Shown here: positions 10,983-24,469 of the stretch, piece by piece
Position numbering within the stretch: position 1 is the first letter of the stretch
Layout of the letters: the number at the start of each line of letters is the position of its first letter
NCBI GenBank assembly: GCA_043228905.1
Contig: JBHGNT010000020.1
Coordinates: 2,728,001 to 2,792,000, forward strand
Length of the DNA stretch: 64,000 nucleotides
Direction: 5' to 3'
Origin: Azolla caroliniana
Taxonomy: Eukaryota > Plantae > Polypodiophyta
Notes under the pieces: generated by a model
The model's input: the letters and a program-made list of their open reading frames with translations, nothing else
The model's database searches: none
Told to the model about the DNA's origin: nothing
Made by a program: the position numbers and the translations under genes

Positions 10983-13640
10983 ATTAGACCGTGAGGGAAA
11001 TTCATATGACCCCCTCCCCCTTTCACTCCTAAATCTCACTCTAGCCCTCCTCCTTATTTTCTCGCAAAATTCATTCTACGCCGCCCTCTACTTTTCTCAA
11101 TTTCGTTATACCCCTCCCTGTATGACTTCTACATTGTAATTCCTACCCTTCCTCACTTTCTTCTAAATTTTACTCTACCCCTCCCCCATTTACTACTTTC
11201 ACCATACCCATACCTCCTAATTTCTCTCTCTCTGTTTCTACTTTGTGAAATTCCGCACTCTACCCCTCCTACTTTTCTTTTCTTTCCATTATACGCTCCC
11301 TCTTTTACTAATACCCCCTAAGTTTCCAATTTTTCCTACCCCTCGTCCCTTCCTCTAATGTACCCCTCTTTTATCTAAGAATTTTATTCCTTCCCCACTC
11401 TCATTTTCCACGTTACTTATTATTATCATTATGGCTCTTTCAATCTACCCCTCCCTCTTCCTTTTTATTCTACCCCTTCCTCTCTCACTACCCGTCCCCC
11501 CTTATTTGTAATTTTCATCTTCTACCTCTCCTCCCGTCTTTCTTAAAAATAGTTTTCTACCCCTCCTTCTATATCTCACTCTACCCCTTCTACCCCTCCC
11601 AAACTCTAATTTCCACTCTACCCTTGCCCCCTTTTTTCAAATTCAGTTTTATACCCCTCCCTCCCTTTTCAAGATTTCTACCTACCCGTCCCCACCTTCA
11701 TTCTCATTTGTATTCTACCCTCTCCCCCTACCTCTAAATTCACTCCCCACTTAAAACTTTGTTTACTTTATACTCTTCCTACCTCTCTTCCAAAATTTAT
11801 TTTACTTTACCCCTCCATCTTTGAACCATTTCTCCCTCTACCCCTACCTCCTAATTCTCACTCCTCTCTCTTTTCACTTTCACAAATTTCTCATGGTACC
11901 ACTGCTGCATTTTTTCTAATTCCACTCTACCCCTTCCCCTTTTTTTCTATAACAAAAACACCCTTTGTCTAAAACTTTAACTCATACCGTTATGGGCATG
12001 AACATTTCCCGTGGTAAGTTTTACTGTAGTATTCTACACACGTGGATAAAGTGTGACGGTTAAAAGAGAGTGTAAAGAAGGAAATGATTACTTTTAATCC
12101 TTAAGATAGGGATAACCCATTAGGCCAAGTGTGAACTTTCCTAGGGGCCTTAGGTCTAGCTATAAATATGCGGCCTAACTACCCTCATTTGATACATGAT
12201 CGACTGCGTCAAGACTCCGTCATTGTGGTAGGTCAACTCTTGTAGCGAGCGCGCCAGCACCAGGTACGACTCGACGCCATAGTGGTGGTATGGGACGCCG
12301 ATCGAGGCTTGAGTCCGCCTCGATCTCTTCACTTAGGGGTGGTGGGGTGGATCGACACCCTTTCTTCTCTCTCCTCTCTTATTTTCTATCTATATTATCC
12401 TTATCATATGCTTACATTGGTAGCTAGCTCTAACAATTGGTATCTGAGCCATGTTTTTAAGGTTTCTTTTGTTGATTGTCTTTTTTTCTTGTTGGATGGC
12501 GATTGATCGATGTACAATCGCGCTTGATGCATATAGCTATCAACAAAGGAACTTCATTAACTCTTTCTTAATTTTGTTCTATTCTTTCTTCTCCCAATCT
12601 AATCATGTATAGTCGACATGTATTTTTTTACATTGATTTAATTATGTTGTAGTCGTAATTAATTGGTTGTATAAAACGTTTACATATGTGTATGAGGTCA
12701 ATACCTCATTTGACATATATTTGATATGTGATTTGTGTCATATGTATACGAGGTCAATACCTCAATTGCGTATTATGTTCACATACATATGTTACGTATG
12801 CATATGAGGTCAATCCCTTGATTTCTAAGTAAATGATATGCGTTTGGTGTCGTTTGCATAAGAGCTCAATACCTCAATGGCGTATTACGTTCACTCTTAT
12901 TTTGGATGTTTCGTGTGCATAGAGGCTATATGCCTTGATTACGTATCCCGATTACATCATTCGTTGGCTATGTGATATTACGATTTTTTTAAAGTATATC
13001 CATATATGTAATCACGTGTATAAGTATTTAATTGTATACATGTATTAAACATAAATATGTGTATATTAATGTTTATAACGTGATTTGGTATATCGAACGT
13101 TGTCCTTTTCGGGGAAAGGATCGTGGTGGCCGTCCTCACATTTTTGTGAGAATGGCGTAGTCACCATCCTTTTTAACATTTTTTTTTGTTTTCATCCCCG
13201 TTGGTCACTTCGATCTTACTATGTGTTATAACGAAACGATCATAGCCACAACCTCCATCTTGAACCGAGGCAGCACAAGCTTTAATGAACCTCTCTAGAC
13301 GGAAATTATCCTCGCTAGAAGACTATTGTCACCGTGCTAGAACCCAAATTCAAATAGTTCTTCATTGTCAACGTACTTCAAAGAAGGATCATAACAAACC
13401 CGAAGTGCCCGGAACTAAGTAGTCACAATTCGATGGGAAACACAAGACACCCAATGAATTCATGGATCGTGATTGTAAGTGACAAATTCCTTTCTGTGTA
13501 TTCTACAAAAGGAAGGGTCATACAAAATGTTGTCCATAGGCCAGAAATATAAATACATAATATGTGAACTTGCCGGTAGGTAGAAAAGTAAGTGAGGAAA
13601 TAGGTAGAACTAGAATAAGTCGGGTTTTTAGCCCTCACAA
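10983..13640 (+). mobile_element. Degenerate LTR element: long LTR (about 10983-12435) with TACCCCT-rich tract, tRNA-iMet PBS, 5' UTR and decayed gag
   Basis: ...CTCTAACA then AT-TGGTATCTGAGCC at 12438; TATAAATA near 12160; degenerate zinc knuckle CVFYKRKGHTKCCP near 13495-13535; left boundary uncertain. Confidence 0.65.
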
Positions 13641-14350
13641 TCAACCGATAGAAATGAACTCGTCTACAAATACGATCTATTTGAGCAAAACCTCATATTA
13701 ATTCAATTTGTTGACAACATCTAACAATATAGTTATAAAAATGATTAAGTAACATGCCATTCTCGAATCGAAACGAATAGATTTTGCCTGTCCAATTGGA
13801 GTAATCCTCTCAAGCACACAACATGCGCTTGCGGAATGTTGAAGTTCTATCTATTGCTTTCAAGACATATATCTTAACTATAGGACTACAAGCGCAAAAA
13901 TATCTCATATGAACATGACTCCTTAATCTTTATCATTTGTGACATGAGTGAGGAAAAGGTGACCCATAGTTTCTTCTAAGATAAAAATGAAACTAGTTCA
14001 GAACAAATGATTGTTTCAGCAAAGCATTTTATGAAATCAATTTGTTGAAGACTTCTTAGAGTCTAGTTATGAAACTATTGAAGGTTTGTATCATTCTGGA
14101 ATGGAATTGAATAGTTTTTCTTTTCAATTGGAAGTAGTGGCTGAAATAACATAGTCTGCGCTTGCCAAGAGTTGAACTCAGGTTTATTGTTTGGAAACTA
14201 ATTATCCTGACCGTTGGACTACGAGGGCGATTTGCGCATACTTCCAAGCGATTCGTATAGTATCAGAAACAAAAAATGTACAAGAAAAAATTCTTGTTGA
14301 GTTATTGCGTTTCAACCTCAGTCGTGAATCGTTACGATTTGTTATCTCAT
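13640..14350 (-). repeat. Repeat family X (one ~700-bp unit, reverse orientation)
   Basis: Reverse complement of blocks in 42700-45090, e.g. GAATTAATATGAAGCTTTGCTCAAATAG and CATTCCAGAATGATACA. Confidence 0.85.
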
Positions 14351-17300
14351 GCCAAGATGCCGAGACACCGAAGGAGGCCTTGGAAAATCTACGGAAGATT
14401 TTCGCCGCGAGTAACACAACCCGTAAGTTGCAGCTCCAGTAAGAGCTTAAGAACATATGGCAAAGAGACATGTCGGTTACGGATTACACTACCAAAATAA
14501 AGGAGATTTGTGACGCACTCGGGTGCATCAACGTGACGGTGGACGAAAACGAGATGGTACAAATCTGCCTCGGTGGTCTAGTGCAAAGGTACGGGCCAAT
14601 CCGGACAACAATCTGCACCCAGGAGAAGCCACCGTCCTTCTTTGACTTGAAATCAATGCTAATGATCAAAGAAAACCACGTGAGTGGGTCCAGGACCACT
14701 CAATCGGAAGGCCGGATGTTGTACACGGAGACAGATAAGCCCCATGGACGTGGTGGACGTGGTAGGTTGGCATGCAATGGAGGCGGTCGACAAGAGCAGG
14801 ACCGAAGGCATAGAGGTACTACCGACAACAGTTCTGGACCCTCCACAAGCAGGGGGAGTTAAAGCGGTGCCAGAAGCCGGCAAGGAAAGCCGACACGGAA
14901 TGTTGGTTCTGTAGCAAAAAGGGCCACAGGGAAAGCGAGTGCTGGAAGAAGCACGCCGATTCGGAAAAATCCGGATCTGGCAAGGCCGGTCGGGAAAACC
15001 GACAAAGCTTGCACTACGCAGAAGGATCAAAAGGATCGAGAACCGCGAAGACTAGTAAAGGTTCAACCTTCGTGATGAAGCACAAGGCTAACCTGATGAA
15101 GAAGACTACTTCCAAATCAGAGGAAGTATGGTATGTTGATTCTGAAGTGTCCAACCACATGACGAGCCATGAAGAGTGGTTCTCCTTTTCGGAAAACTGG
15201 GATGACCGGGGATTGTCGAAACCGGAGACGACACCCCTCACCTGATTGTGCATGTCGGAGAAGTCCCTTTAAGCCATGTCGGACAAAAGGGGAAGCTGAT
15301 GAACGTACTACACATTCCAACTATCACAAAGAACCTTGTGTTGGTTGGACAAATCATCGACCAGGGGATCCAGGTGCGGTTTACGCACCTCGGGTGTTTC
15401 ATCGAGGAAGACGGCCGGATAATTGTGCAAGGGCGTAGGGAAGAGAGGATGTTCATCCTCAACACAAATGACGTTGGCACCGCCATGTTTGCCAAAGGAC
15501 AGAAGATTGAATCAGACATCGATCTATGGCATAAGCAGATCGGCCACGTCAACTACCGGAGTCTTCAAGACCTGCAATCGAAACAAGTTGTTTTCGGTTT
15601 GCCGAAATTTAGCGGCCGGAAGGCCGAAATTTGTGAAGCTTGCTAACTCAGGAAGCAACACCGGCTTCCATTCCTAACCCAACAAAACCGGAGCCGTAAC
15701 AAGCTCAATCTAATACATTCGGATGTATGGGGACCGACACAAAATGTTAGTTTTGGCGGGAGTGGATACTTTGTCTCCATCGACGACTATAGCCGGCACA
15801 CGTGGATCTACCTCATCGAACGGAAGAGCGAAATCTTTGAATGTTTCCAGAACTTGCCAAGCTTAGTTGAACGGGAAACGGAGAGGAAGATCAAGTGCTT
15901 GTAGTTGGATGGTGGAAAAGAATACTTTTCCGGCCAATTCAACAGTTATCTGCACCAGAACGGAATTCAGAGAGAATTTAGCTACCGATACACACTGGGA
16001 AAAAACGATGTGGCCGAGAGGAAGAACCGGTCGATTGTCGATGTGGCAAGGGCAATGCTGGAGGAGAAGAGCATGCCCCAATTCTACTGGGCTGAGGCGG
16101 TCCGGATGGCCGTGTACTTCCAAAACCGAATCGGAGACAAGGTGTGAGCACATGAGCCATATTTCGGGCGGAAGCCGAATTTGAGGCAGCTTCGGATATT
16201 TGGTAGCATAGCATATGTGCATGTACTGGATGAGAAGCGAAGGAAGTTGGATCCGAAGCCGGAGAAGTGCATACTCGTCGGCTACTCGCATGAACAAAAG
16301 GGGTATAAGTGTTATAAACCCCGAACTAAACAAGTTTGACTTAGTCGAGATGTTGAGTTTGATGAGTCGGCATCATGGTACTCCCTACCGACTCCAACTC
16401 CTGAAGAAAACCCGATTCTGGAGGATGACGCTAGTGAACCTAGAGAGGTTCAAGTAGAAGATAAAGACTTCGGCACTCTAGAAGAGAGTTCGATCTCATT
16501 CCGGCTGGGTCGAGATGACCAGTCGGATGAAGAACTGGCGAGTAGTGGAGACTCTGTCATGCTCTCCCCCCGCAAGGAACCGAGGAGACGGTCACGCGCA
16601 AAGAGAAGGGGAAGAAGAAGATGTCGGAATACGACACCGGCAGTGAAGAGTCGAATCGGAGTGGATTTGACCCCGGAAAGGGAGAAGGCGGATCTTCAAA
16701 AAGGAAGTCTGAACCGGCCAAAAAGGGCCTCAAACCGGGTAACAAAAAGTTACGCCGGTCAACCCGTCGAAAGAAAACTGTCATGAGGTATGGGTACAAC
16801 AAGTACATGGCGCATCACTATGCGTACATGACCAAGGTGGTGGAAGTGCGTGAGTTAGAGAGCTACGCAGAAGTGGCAAAGGATGCAAATTGGCATGCCA
16901 TAATGGAGGAAGAAATGCGGGCACGCGATGCCAATGACATATGGGACCTCGTTGACTCTCCCCGACACTGTAAACCGATCGGATGTAAGTGGGTGTACAA
17001 GGTAAAGTAAAATGCCGATGATTCGGTTAACCGGTACAAGGCCCGGTTAGTGGTGAAGGGATAAGCGCAAACTCACGGAATCGACTACGACGAGACCTTC
17101 GCTCCGGTAGCGAAGATGACAACGGTTCATGTAGTACTGGCGGTTGATGCGGTAAGGGGGTGGCATCTTCACCAAATTGATGTGAAGAATGCATTTCTTC
17201 AAGGTGATCTTGAAGAATGGGTCTAAATGATCCAACCCCCCGGTTTCCAATCGAACATGAACAAGTCGGCAATGTGCCGACTCAAGAAGTCGCTTTACGG

Positions 17301-17655
17301 TTTGAAGCAAGCCACTCGAGCTTGGAATGCGAAGATCACGCACTGGTTGCGTAAGATGGGGTTTGCGGCCTCGAAGTCCGACTCTTGAATGTTCGTCCGG
17401 AACGGTCCGGACGGTCCGGTTTGCATTTTGCTTTATGTAGATGATTTAGTTATCACCGGACCCAGATTCATTGAAATCGTTCGAGTGAAGTTCCAGCTGT
17501 CGAGCGCATTTGAAATGAAGGATTTGAGGGACCTTCATTACTTTCTTGGGATCGAGGTGATCCGAACCCCCGATGGCATGTTTCTCTCACAACGCCATTA
17601 TGTGTTGAATATGTTGTACAAGTTCGGTATGACAGAATGCCGACCTATCTTTACA
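14350..17655 (+). pseudogene. Degenerate Ty1/copia gag-pol, truncated at both ends
   Basis: Gag (MSVTDY), WYVDS..SNHMT protease, LWHKQIGH, SDVWGP, DGGKEY, RT with LLYVDD; many stops; same lineage as the element at 1-2791 (YMAHHYAYM.KV). Confidence 0.9.
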
Positions 17656-19587
17656 TGTTGGGAAATCGGTCTCTCCGGATGGGATCTAGTGATGAATAAA
17701 GAGGACTCGGTGAGAACCGGAAGAGAGCTGGAAACCGGATTGGTGGACCCGGTGAGAACCGGAAGAGAAGACAGATTTGTAAATATCTCTTGAATAGGCC
17801 CATTGAGGCTATATTTGTAAATAGCCCTAAGTTCATATAACTATAAATATGACTTAGGGTAATCACTTTAGGTAAATGTGTTGTTGTCATATTGTTGTAA
17901 CTATTGTACAGAGTGAGAGGGAGAGAGAGAGAGATACAGAGCGATACTCTGTTGTAACCGCCACTGTTCGAAGAAACGGAGCTCTAGGTCATTGCCTCCG
18001 AGTCTCTGATTGTACCCCTTCTCTTCATAGTCATAGTTTGGAGTCTATGTGCTCCCGTGGTTTTTCCCTATTAGGGTTTTCCACGTAAACATCCCGTGTC
18101 ATTTTTCTTGTGTACTCTCCAATTCCCATTTCTGTGTTTGATTCTTATAGAAGTGATTTACTACTCGGTTGTGGCCGAGCAACATTCTATGCATTTCTCT
18201 TCAAGCTGGTATCAGAGCGAACAACACAGAAAATGGAAGAATCTTTCGGCAGCATGTTCAAGCTCACCAGCTCCAACTACTCAGTGTGGAAGTCGAAGAT
18301 GAGGGACATGTTGGTGGTTAAAGATCTTTGGTTGCCGATTCAGTTCGGGGACAAGAGACCGGATAAGATCGACGCCACGGTGTGGGAGGTGATGCACATG
18401 AAGATGACGGCATACATCCGGTGCTTCATCAACATGAGCTTGTACAACAACTGCAATGAAGAGAGCAAGGCTCATGAACTCTAGGAGAAGATCGACATCA
18501 TGTTCCAGAACAAGAATGTCGTTAATCGGGTTTTGGTATTTCGGAAGCTAGTGAGGCTCCAGTACCAAGACGGCTCCAGTATGGCAAAGCACATGAATGC
18601 CTTCCAGGGGCTGATACACCAAGCAACCTTGTTGGAAGTACCTCTCGCCAATGAGGTACTTGTACTACTCTTGCTTGGTTCCCTCCCGAATACCCGGGAG
18701 ACGTTAGTTGTCACGTTGGGCAACGTCGGGCCGGAAGGAAAACAGCTATCGCTAGCAAGGTCAAGTCGAGCTTGCTAGATGAGGAGGCGAGTCGGAAAGA
18801 CAAGGAGGTAATCTTTGACGCCAAAGCACTCCTTACAGAATTAGAACGTGGAAGAGAAAGGAATCGGAGTTCCCAGAACCAGTCAAAGTCGGGGACACGG
18901 TCAAATTCAAGGGGGAGGCCCACTTGCTTCTATTGCGGCAAGCCGAGGCACTTCCAGAAGAACTGTCAACATTAACGAAAGGACAAGGGAACCAACAATA
19001 CTGATTCGAAGAAGTCACCGGACTGAAATGGTTCGGATCGGCAAGGCCCGGACCGAAAGGGGACGACGGCGATCACGGCAAGTCAAGAAGAACTAATGCT
19101 TATCACCGAGGAGAGTGAGTTGAACCTTGTCGTAGATGAGACGATGTGGGTTGTCGATTCCGGAGCGTCGTTCCACCTTACCCCGAACCGGTGAGCATGG
19201 TTGTGTCCGGATGGGGAATGAAGGGACATGCCGAATTATCGGTATAGGAGATGTGTTGTTGACAACATCAACGGGATGCAAGTTGCTGTTGAAGGATGTC
19301 CAACAGGTTCCGGAGGTTCGACTGAACCTGATATCAGCTGGTCAGCTAGATGGTGAAGGCAACACAGGTAGCATCCGGAATGGTGTCATGAAGTTCTGCA
19401 AAGGGAGCTTAATAGTGGCTTGAGCCTAGAAGGTCAACACACTGTACTTGATGAATGCCCAGATATGCCGGGAAGAAGTGAACGTAGCATCCGACACTGC
19501 CGGTGAGCTGTGGCACAAAAGACTATGTCACATGATTGAGAAGGAGATGAAGAGGCTTGCTGAAGAAAACCTCATTCCGGTGAAGGA
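17656..19587 (+). mobile_element. Truncated copia related to the intact element: 5' LTR 17656-18203, PBS, decayed gag-protease
   Basis: TGTTGGG start; TGGTATCAGAGC at 18207; CFYCGKPRHFQKNC; WVVDSGASFH; LWHKRLCH. Confidence 0.9.
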
Positions 19588-19593
19588 TTTTGA

Positions 19594-19906
19594 TGTCCGT
19601 TTTCAATGTTCTATAGCTCATTGGAAAGCTAGTCTACAGGGCTTTCCAACCTATGTCTACTTGCTTAATTTGATTACATTAGTGAGACAATACAAGGATT
19701 TTATTCTACAAGCATAAGGCTGCAAGATACACGTGGCTATTGCGATACTTTTGGCTCGAGTTCATACTCTTCCATTCCTTTCTCTTATTTTCACTCTCTT
19801 GGTTCAGAACACCAGTGGTTCCACCCAGACACGCAAATTTCTTTGACACGACACTAACTCAGCTGGATAGCAACAAAAACCTCAGAGAATGGAATACACA
19901 GAGTAG

Positions 19907-19954
<48 letters not shown>

Positions 19955-20835
19955 AAGAAAACAAAACTCTATTTCAAAAAATGCTCTGTATAGAAAATGT
20001 GTTCTGTGAGCACTATTTATACATGTCCACATAGGATAGATAGAAGTATTGACAAGTACATCAATGTTGATAATTGAGTTGTGACACTTACTCCCAAAAA
20101 TATGCCTATCTACTAGGGGAGGACAATTGGCCTCTAACGACCTACTGGTTACACTCAGATTCAGATACTGATCCGACCCCCTATTCAGGACACCTATCCA
20201 CCTCTTGGTTTTGTATGCCGATCTGGCTCATCATTCTCGGATTGTGGTTTTGTATGCCGATTTGGCTCATCAAGCTCAACTTGTGGTCGGATTGTGTTAT
20301 TTGTCATTCTCGGTCCTTGCTTCTAGCTTCCCCTGGCATCTTCACGCTTCACTCATTCTCCTTGACCCATTCGGTCCTGCTTTCCACGACTCGTCCGGTT
20401 CTGCACACCTCAACCTTCTCGGTCGACTTGTTTGCTCAAATGGGCCATCTCAGCTCCTTCACTACAGTGACTTTGGCACTTCTTGACCCATCAGCTCTTT
20501 TGTGTCGGTGTCGACTTCTGCTGCCCTCTTGTCCACTTGGTCTTCAATTGATTCGGCTCTTTCGAATCGAATATTTCGAACAAATCGGTTGCCTTCGATT
20601 TGTTCCTGCTCTTGTCTGAATTAGTTGTCTCCAATACTTCCTCGATCTTTAGGCCCTTCACAACATCAGACCATGTCTGGGTCTTGGCCTCTCTGCCCTT
20701 TTTGGCTCTACCTCGTCCTTGTCTGCTTCATCCAATTCGGATTTCCGGACTTCGTCATGTTCTCCTCCACTCTTTCTCCCCCTCAAGTTAGGCATGTCGA
20801 GGTGCTGTAAATTGAGCGCAGTTAAAAAATGTTGT
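19594..20835 (-). mobile_element. Copia 3' end on the minus strand: pol C-terminus, ~600-bp 3' UTR, PPT and 3' LTR (19594-20192)
   Basis: Minus strand QHFLTALNLQHLDMPNLRG; purine tract AGAGGTGGATAGG then TGTCC...GGACA; TATAAATAG near 20015. Confidence 0.7.
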
Positions 20836-20927
20836 AACTTGTTGAGAACAAGGGGTTCCTGGATGATGCTATCAGGACACAACAAGCGATACGAAAGTAT
20901 TGGGCAGAAAAAAAAAAACATCGTCAA

Positions 20928-21566
20928 TTGTTGATGGATACGAAAGCCACACTCACTAAAGGTAAAGATAGTACTGGTTGCGATATAGTTCTAAATATCA
21001 CTGAGAATGGAAGTAATGAGACTACTATCATAGAGAGAAAGGTTGTAGACTATTTCAATGTTCAAACCAAGCACATCAGCAATGAAGACAAGAAGGTAGT
21101 ACTTTATGGAATATTAAATGATCCATCGATAAAGGAGTTAGTTGATTGTGATGGTCTTAATGCAAACATAACATCTGTACTAATAAATAATCTTTGTAAT
21201 AGTTTCATATCCATGAGCAGGTCAGGAGATGATCTTGTCTTAAAAAGGTCTAGTCTAATGATGTTACTTAATAGTGATGTTGATGATATTAACATCAGTG
21301 TGCTATCTAAGGTAATTGGTGTTAGTAGAAAAAGTGTGTACAATACATTGAACCAAATAGTTTCCTCGGGTGAAGGAACTAGTCTGCTAAAGCTAACAAC
21401 AAGATGTAAGTCAATGACACCCATAACATCAGAAATCAAGGATATAATCACAATATTTTGGACTAATGACAGTAGGGTTTCACCCAATAAGAAGGATTTA
21501 TGTTGGTAACGTGTTGAAAGGAGTCAATACGAGGAGCATCCCATTCATCTTCTTGATGTACCTCAG
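20928..21566 (+). pseudogene. N-terminal exon of a putative transposase
   Basis: HTH-like LSKVIGVSRKSVY, then FWTNDSRVSPNKKDLCW*RVERSQYEEHPIHLLDVPQ followed by a GT donor; assignment is from recalled family resemblance, no catalytic core seen. Confidence 0.5.
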
Positions 21567-21599
21567 GTATTTACATTTATCTCAACATTTGTTTTTGAC

Positions 21600-22650
21600 T
21601 TTTGAGCTTAGTTAGTTAGCTTATTAGCTACCTCTGAATATGACCATAACTAACTAGCTACCAGTAATAGCTAATTAGCTACCATTCATAGCTATTTAGC
21701 TACCACAATAGCTAATTAGATGCCTATAACAATAGCTAATTAGCTACCAGAGTAGCTAATTAGCTGCTTATGACTATAGCTAATTAGCTATCAGAATTGC
21801 TAATCCCCTACTAGAATAGCTATTGTACTAAACTATGGTAGTAGCTAATTAGCGACTATATTAAACTATGATAGTAGCTAATTAGCTACCACTTAGCTAA
21901 TTAGCTACTCAGCTGAAGTATGGTAGTAGCTAATTAGCGACTCAGCTAAAGTATGGTAATCGCTATTAGCCACTATAACTAAAGTATGGTGGTAGCTAAA
22001 TAGCTACCACTTAACTAATTAGCTACTATACTAAAGTATGGTAGTAGCAAATTAGCTACCACTTAACTAATTAGCTACTATACTAAAGTATGGTAGTAGC
22101 AAATTAGCTACCACTTAGCTAATTAGCTACTCAGCTAAAGTATGGTAGTAGCTAATTTGCTAAGTGGTAGCTAATTAGATATTGTACTAAACTATGGTAG
22201 TCGCTAATTAGCTACCACTTAGCTAATTAGCTATTGTACTACACTATGGTAGTAGCTAATTACCTACCACTTAGCTAATTAGCTACTGTACTAAACTATG
22301 GGAGTAGCTAATTAGCTACCATTTAGCTAATTAGCTATTGTATTAAAGTATGGTAGTAGCTAATTAGCTACCACTTAGCTAATTAGCCACTCAACTAAAG
22401 TATGGTAATAGCTAATTAGCTAATGTACTAAACTATGGTAGTAGCTAACTAGCTACCACTTAGACAAGAGAACTAATGTGCTAAACTATGGTAGTAGCTA
22501 ATTATCTACCACTTAGCTAATTAGCTATTGTACTAAATTATGGTAGTAGCTAATTAGCTAAGTGGTAGCTAATTAGCTACAGAATTAAACTATGGTAGTA
22601 GCTAATTAGCTACTCAGCTAAAGTATGGTAGTAGCTAATTAGCCACTTAG
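21600..22650. repeat. Palindromic minisatellite array (TAGCTAATTAGCTA core; ~19 and ~32-bp subunits)
   Basis: Dozens of copies of TATGGTAGTAGCTAATTAGCTACCACT and variants. Confidence 0.95.
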
Positions 22651-23254
22651 TTAATGTCCCAATGTCGCAATACAATAGCTGCTCAGGTTTATATACAATT
22701 AGTGCTAATGTGTATGAACGTATTTACAACAGTATGCCATGGAATTTGTAGCTACAAGTAGTAATTACCAGTTTTCTTATAAAACAAACAAAGCACATGT
22801 ATTCCAAATAAACAGTTTAATGGACCTGTTTGGGAGTTTTTTTTTTGATATACAGTCTACTTTTTGTGCTTCTTTCTCAACAAAATCGTGTGTCATTTTT
22901 ATATATACTCTTCTTTCTGATATACAGTTTAATAATATCATTTAGGGTTCTTCTTTCTGAGATATAGATTTACTCAAGTGAACCATGTACAAGTTAAAAT
23001 AGTTTGCATAATTTTAAGAAAAAGCACTATCATGAAATCAACAATCCTGAAGATACTCTTAAAATTACACAATAGATAAGATACTCAAAACAAGCAATTT
23101 AATTATTCATTGATTAAGTGGTAGCAAATTACATATTTATAACATCACATTGCCAATGTCTTCAAATCGCCTATAAACAACTAAGCTCTTGCTGGTTAGT
23201 GGAACTTCTCTACATATATGATCTGCATACCGAGCTCGGTATGGAGTCCACAAC

Positions 23255-23937
23255 TATGTAGCTAGTTGGCAGCTCAATGTTTTCGCCAAATAGTGTTTAG
23301 GCATTTCATCGGGTAGAATGAGACAACATCTGCGAATGTTGAAGTAATGTCGGAAATGTTCTGTATCCAAAATCAGCGTATTGTCGGCATTATAATCTGG
23401 CCAAGTGTCCCCAAAATCAGAAAGTCATTTGAATCTTGCAACATCCTTCTGCTCACAATTCTCTCGTGTCCACTGACCCTTGAAATGTTGTCGCCACTTC
23501 GGGAAGAATCTTTCTACACACTTCCACACATCTGTACGTTGTTTTTCGCTCCAAATAAACAAATCAAAGTATTGCACAACCCACTCCAAAAATTGATTTG
23601 CGTCCCTCCTTGGTGTCATATATAGCACACTCATCATGACTTTATCAAGCTCCAAGATCAAGGCTCTTCTTTCGACTTCTAATGGTTTAGGTTTCCATTC
23701 CTGTAACTTACCCTCTGTTACACCAATTACTGGTAGCACACGATCAACTTCAATCAACTTAGGTTCTGTTGGCACAATTGGTGTCCTTTTCCTCTTCAAA
23801 CCCCTGGTCGATTGTGTTGGGCCTAGCTTCACATTCTGGTGCTCTTGTGTTGTCGACTTAGTCATTGGCTCGATGCAAGTAGATACTGATCTCGTCGATA
23901 TCAGCCCATTGGTATCACATGCTGCATCTTCCTGCAA
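23255..23937 (-). pseudogene. Exon encoding an FCP1/NIF (HAD) phosphatase-like domain with degenerate catalytic motif
   Basis: LILELDKV...RRDANQFLEWVVQYFDLFIWS...FK*LSDF..TWPDYNADNTLILD; DxDxT replaced by ELDKV; one in-frame stop. Confidence 0.7.
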
Positions 23938-24469
23938 AAATCAGATCATCTATGCAACATGCTTGATCAACTTGCGTGACCAGATCATTTGTGTCAGTTG
24001 CTACATCTACTTTCAAGATGTGGCCCTCTAAACACGCAGCAACATCAACAGTTTCCACACTGCCATCGGCCTTAGGAGCAATAGATTCAAACCCTTTAGA
24101 CTCTGCAACATCAGAGAACACCAACATATTCACACTCACAAAGTAACTAACAGTGTCACAAAACAACATAATGAACATGAAATATTTTCCATCATAGAAC
24201 AACATGAACATAATTATCTTGGAGAAACATCATAGAGTTCCATTACATAATGTGCTTAGAGCAACAACCAATCTGAGGTTTTACTTGCCCAAATAGATCA
24301 TAGTAAAACTTCATAAAATCCTAGGAAAATCGCTAACAATCATATCCGACTAATAAGTATTTCGCTCCAATTCAAGAGCCCCTTGATTGAGTAATTGGTC
24401 TTGTCCCCAATCGTGGCCCCTTATTCAACCTTTTTCTAGCCGGTTGCCCATTTAGCCTTGCTTCTTTGA

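Noticed and set aside
12690-12945. Hairpin repeats with variable spacers as a mini-CRISPR
   Set aside because: Spacers are homologous to each other and repeats are degenerate; the array lies in an LTR-element leader
20840-20850. TGTTGAGAA as the start of another copy of the 2810 LTR
   Set aside because: Similarity stops after 9 bp
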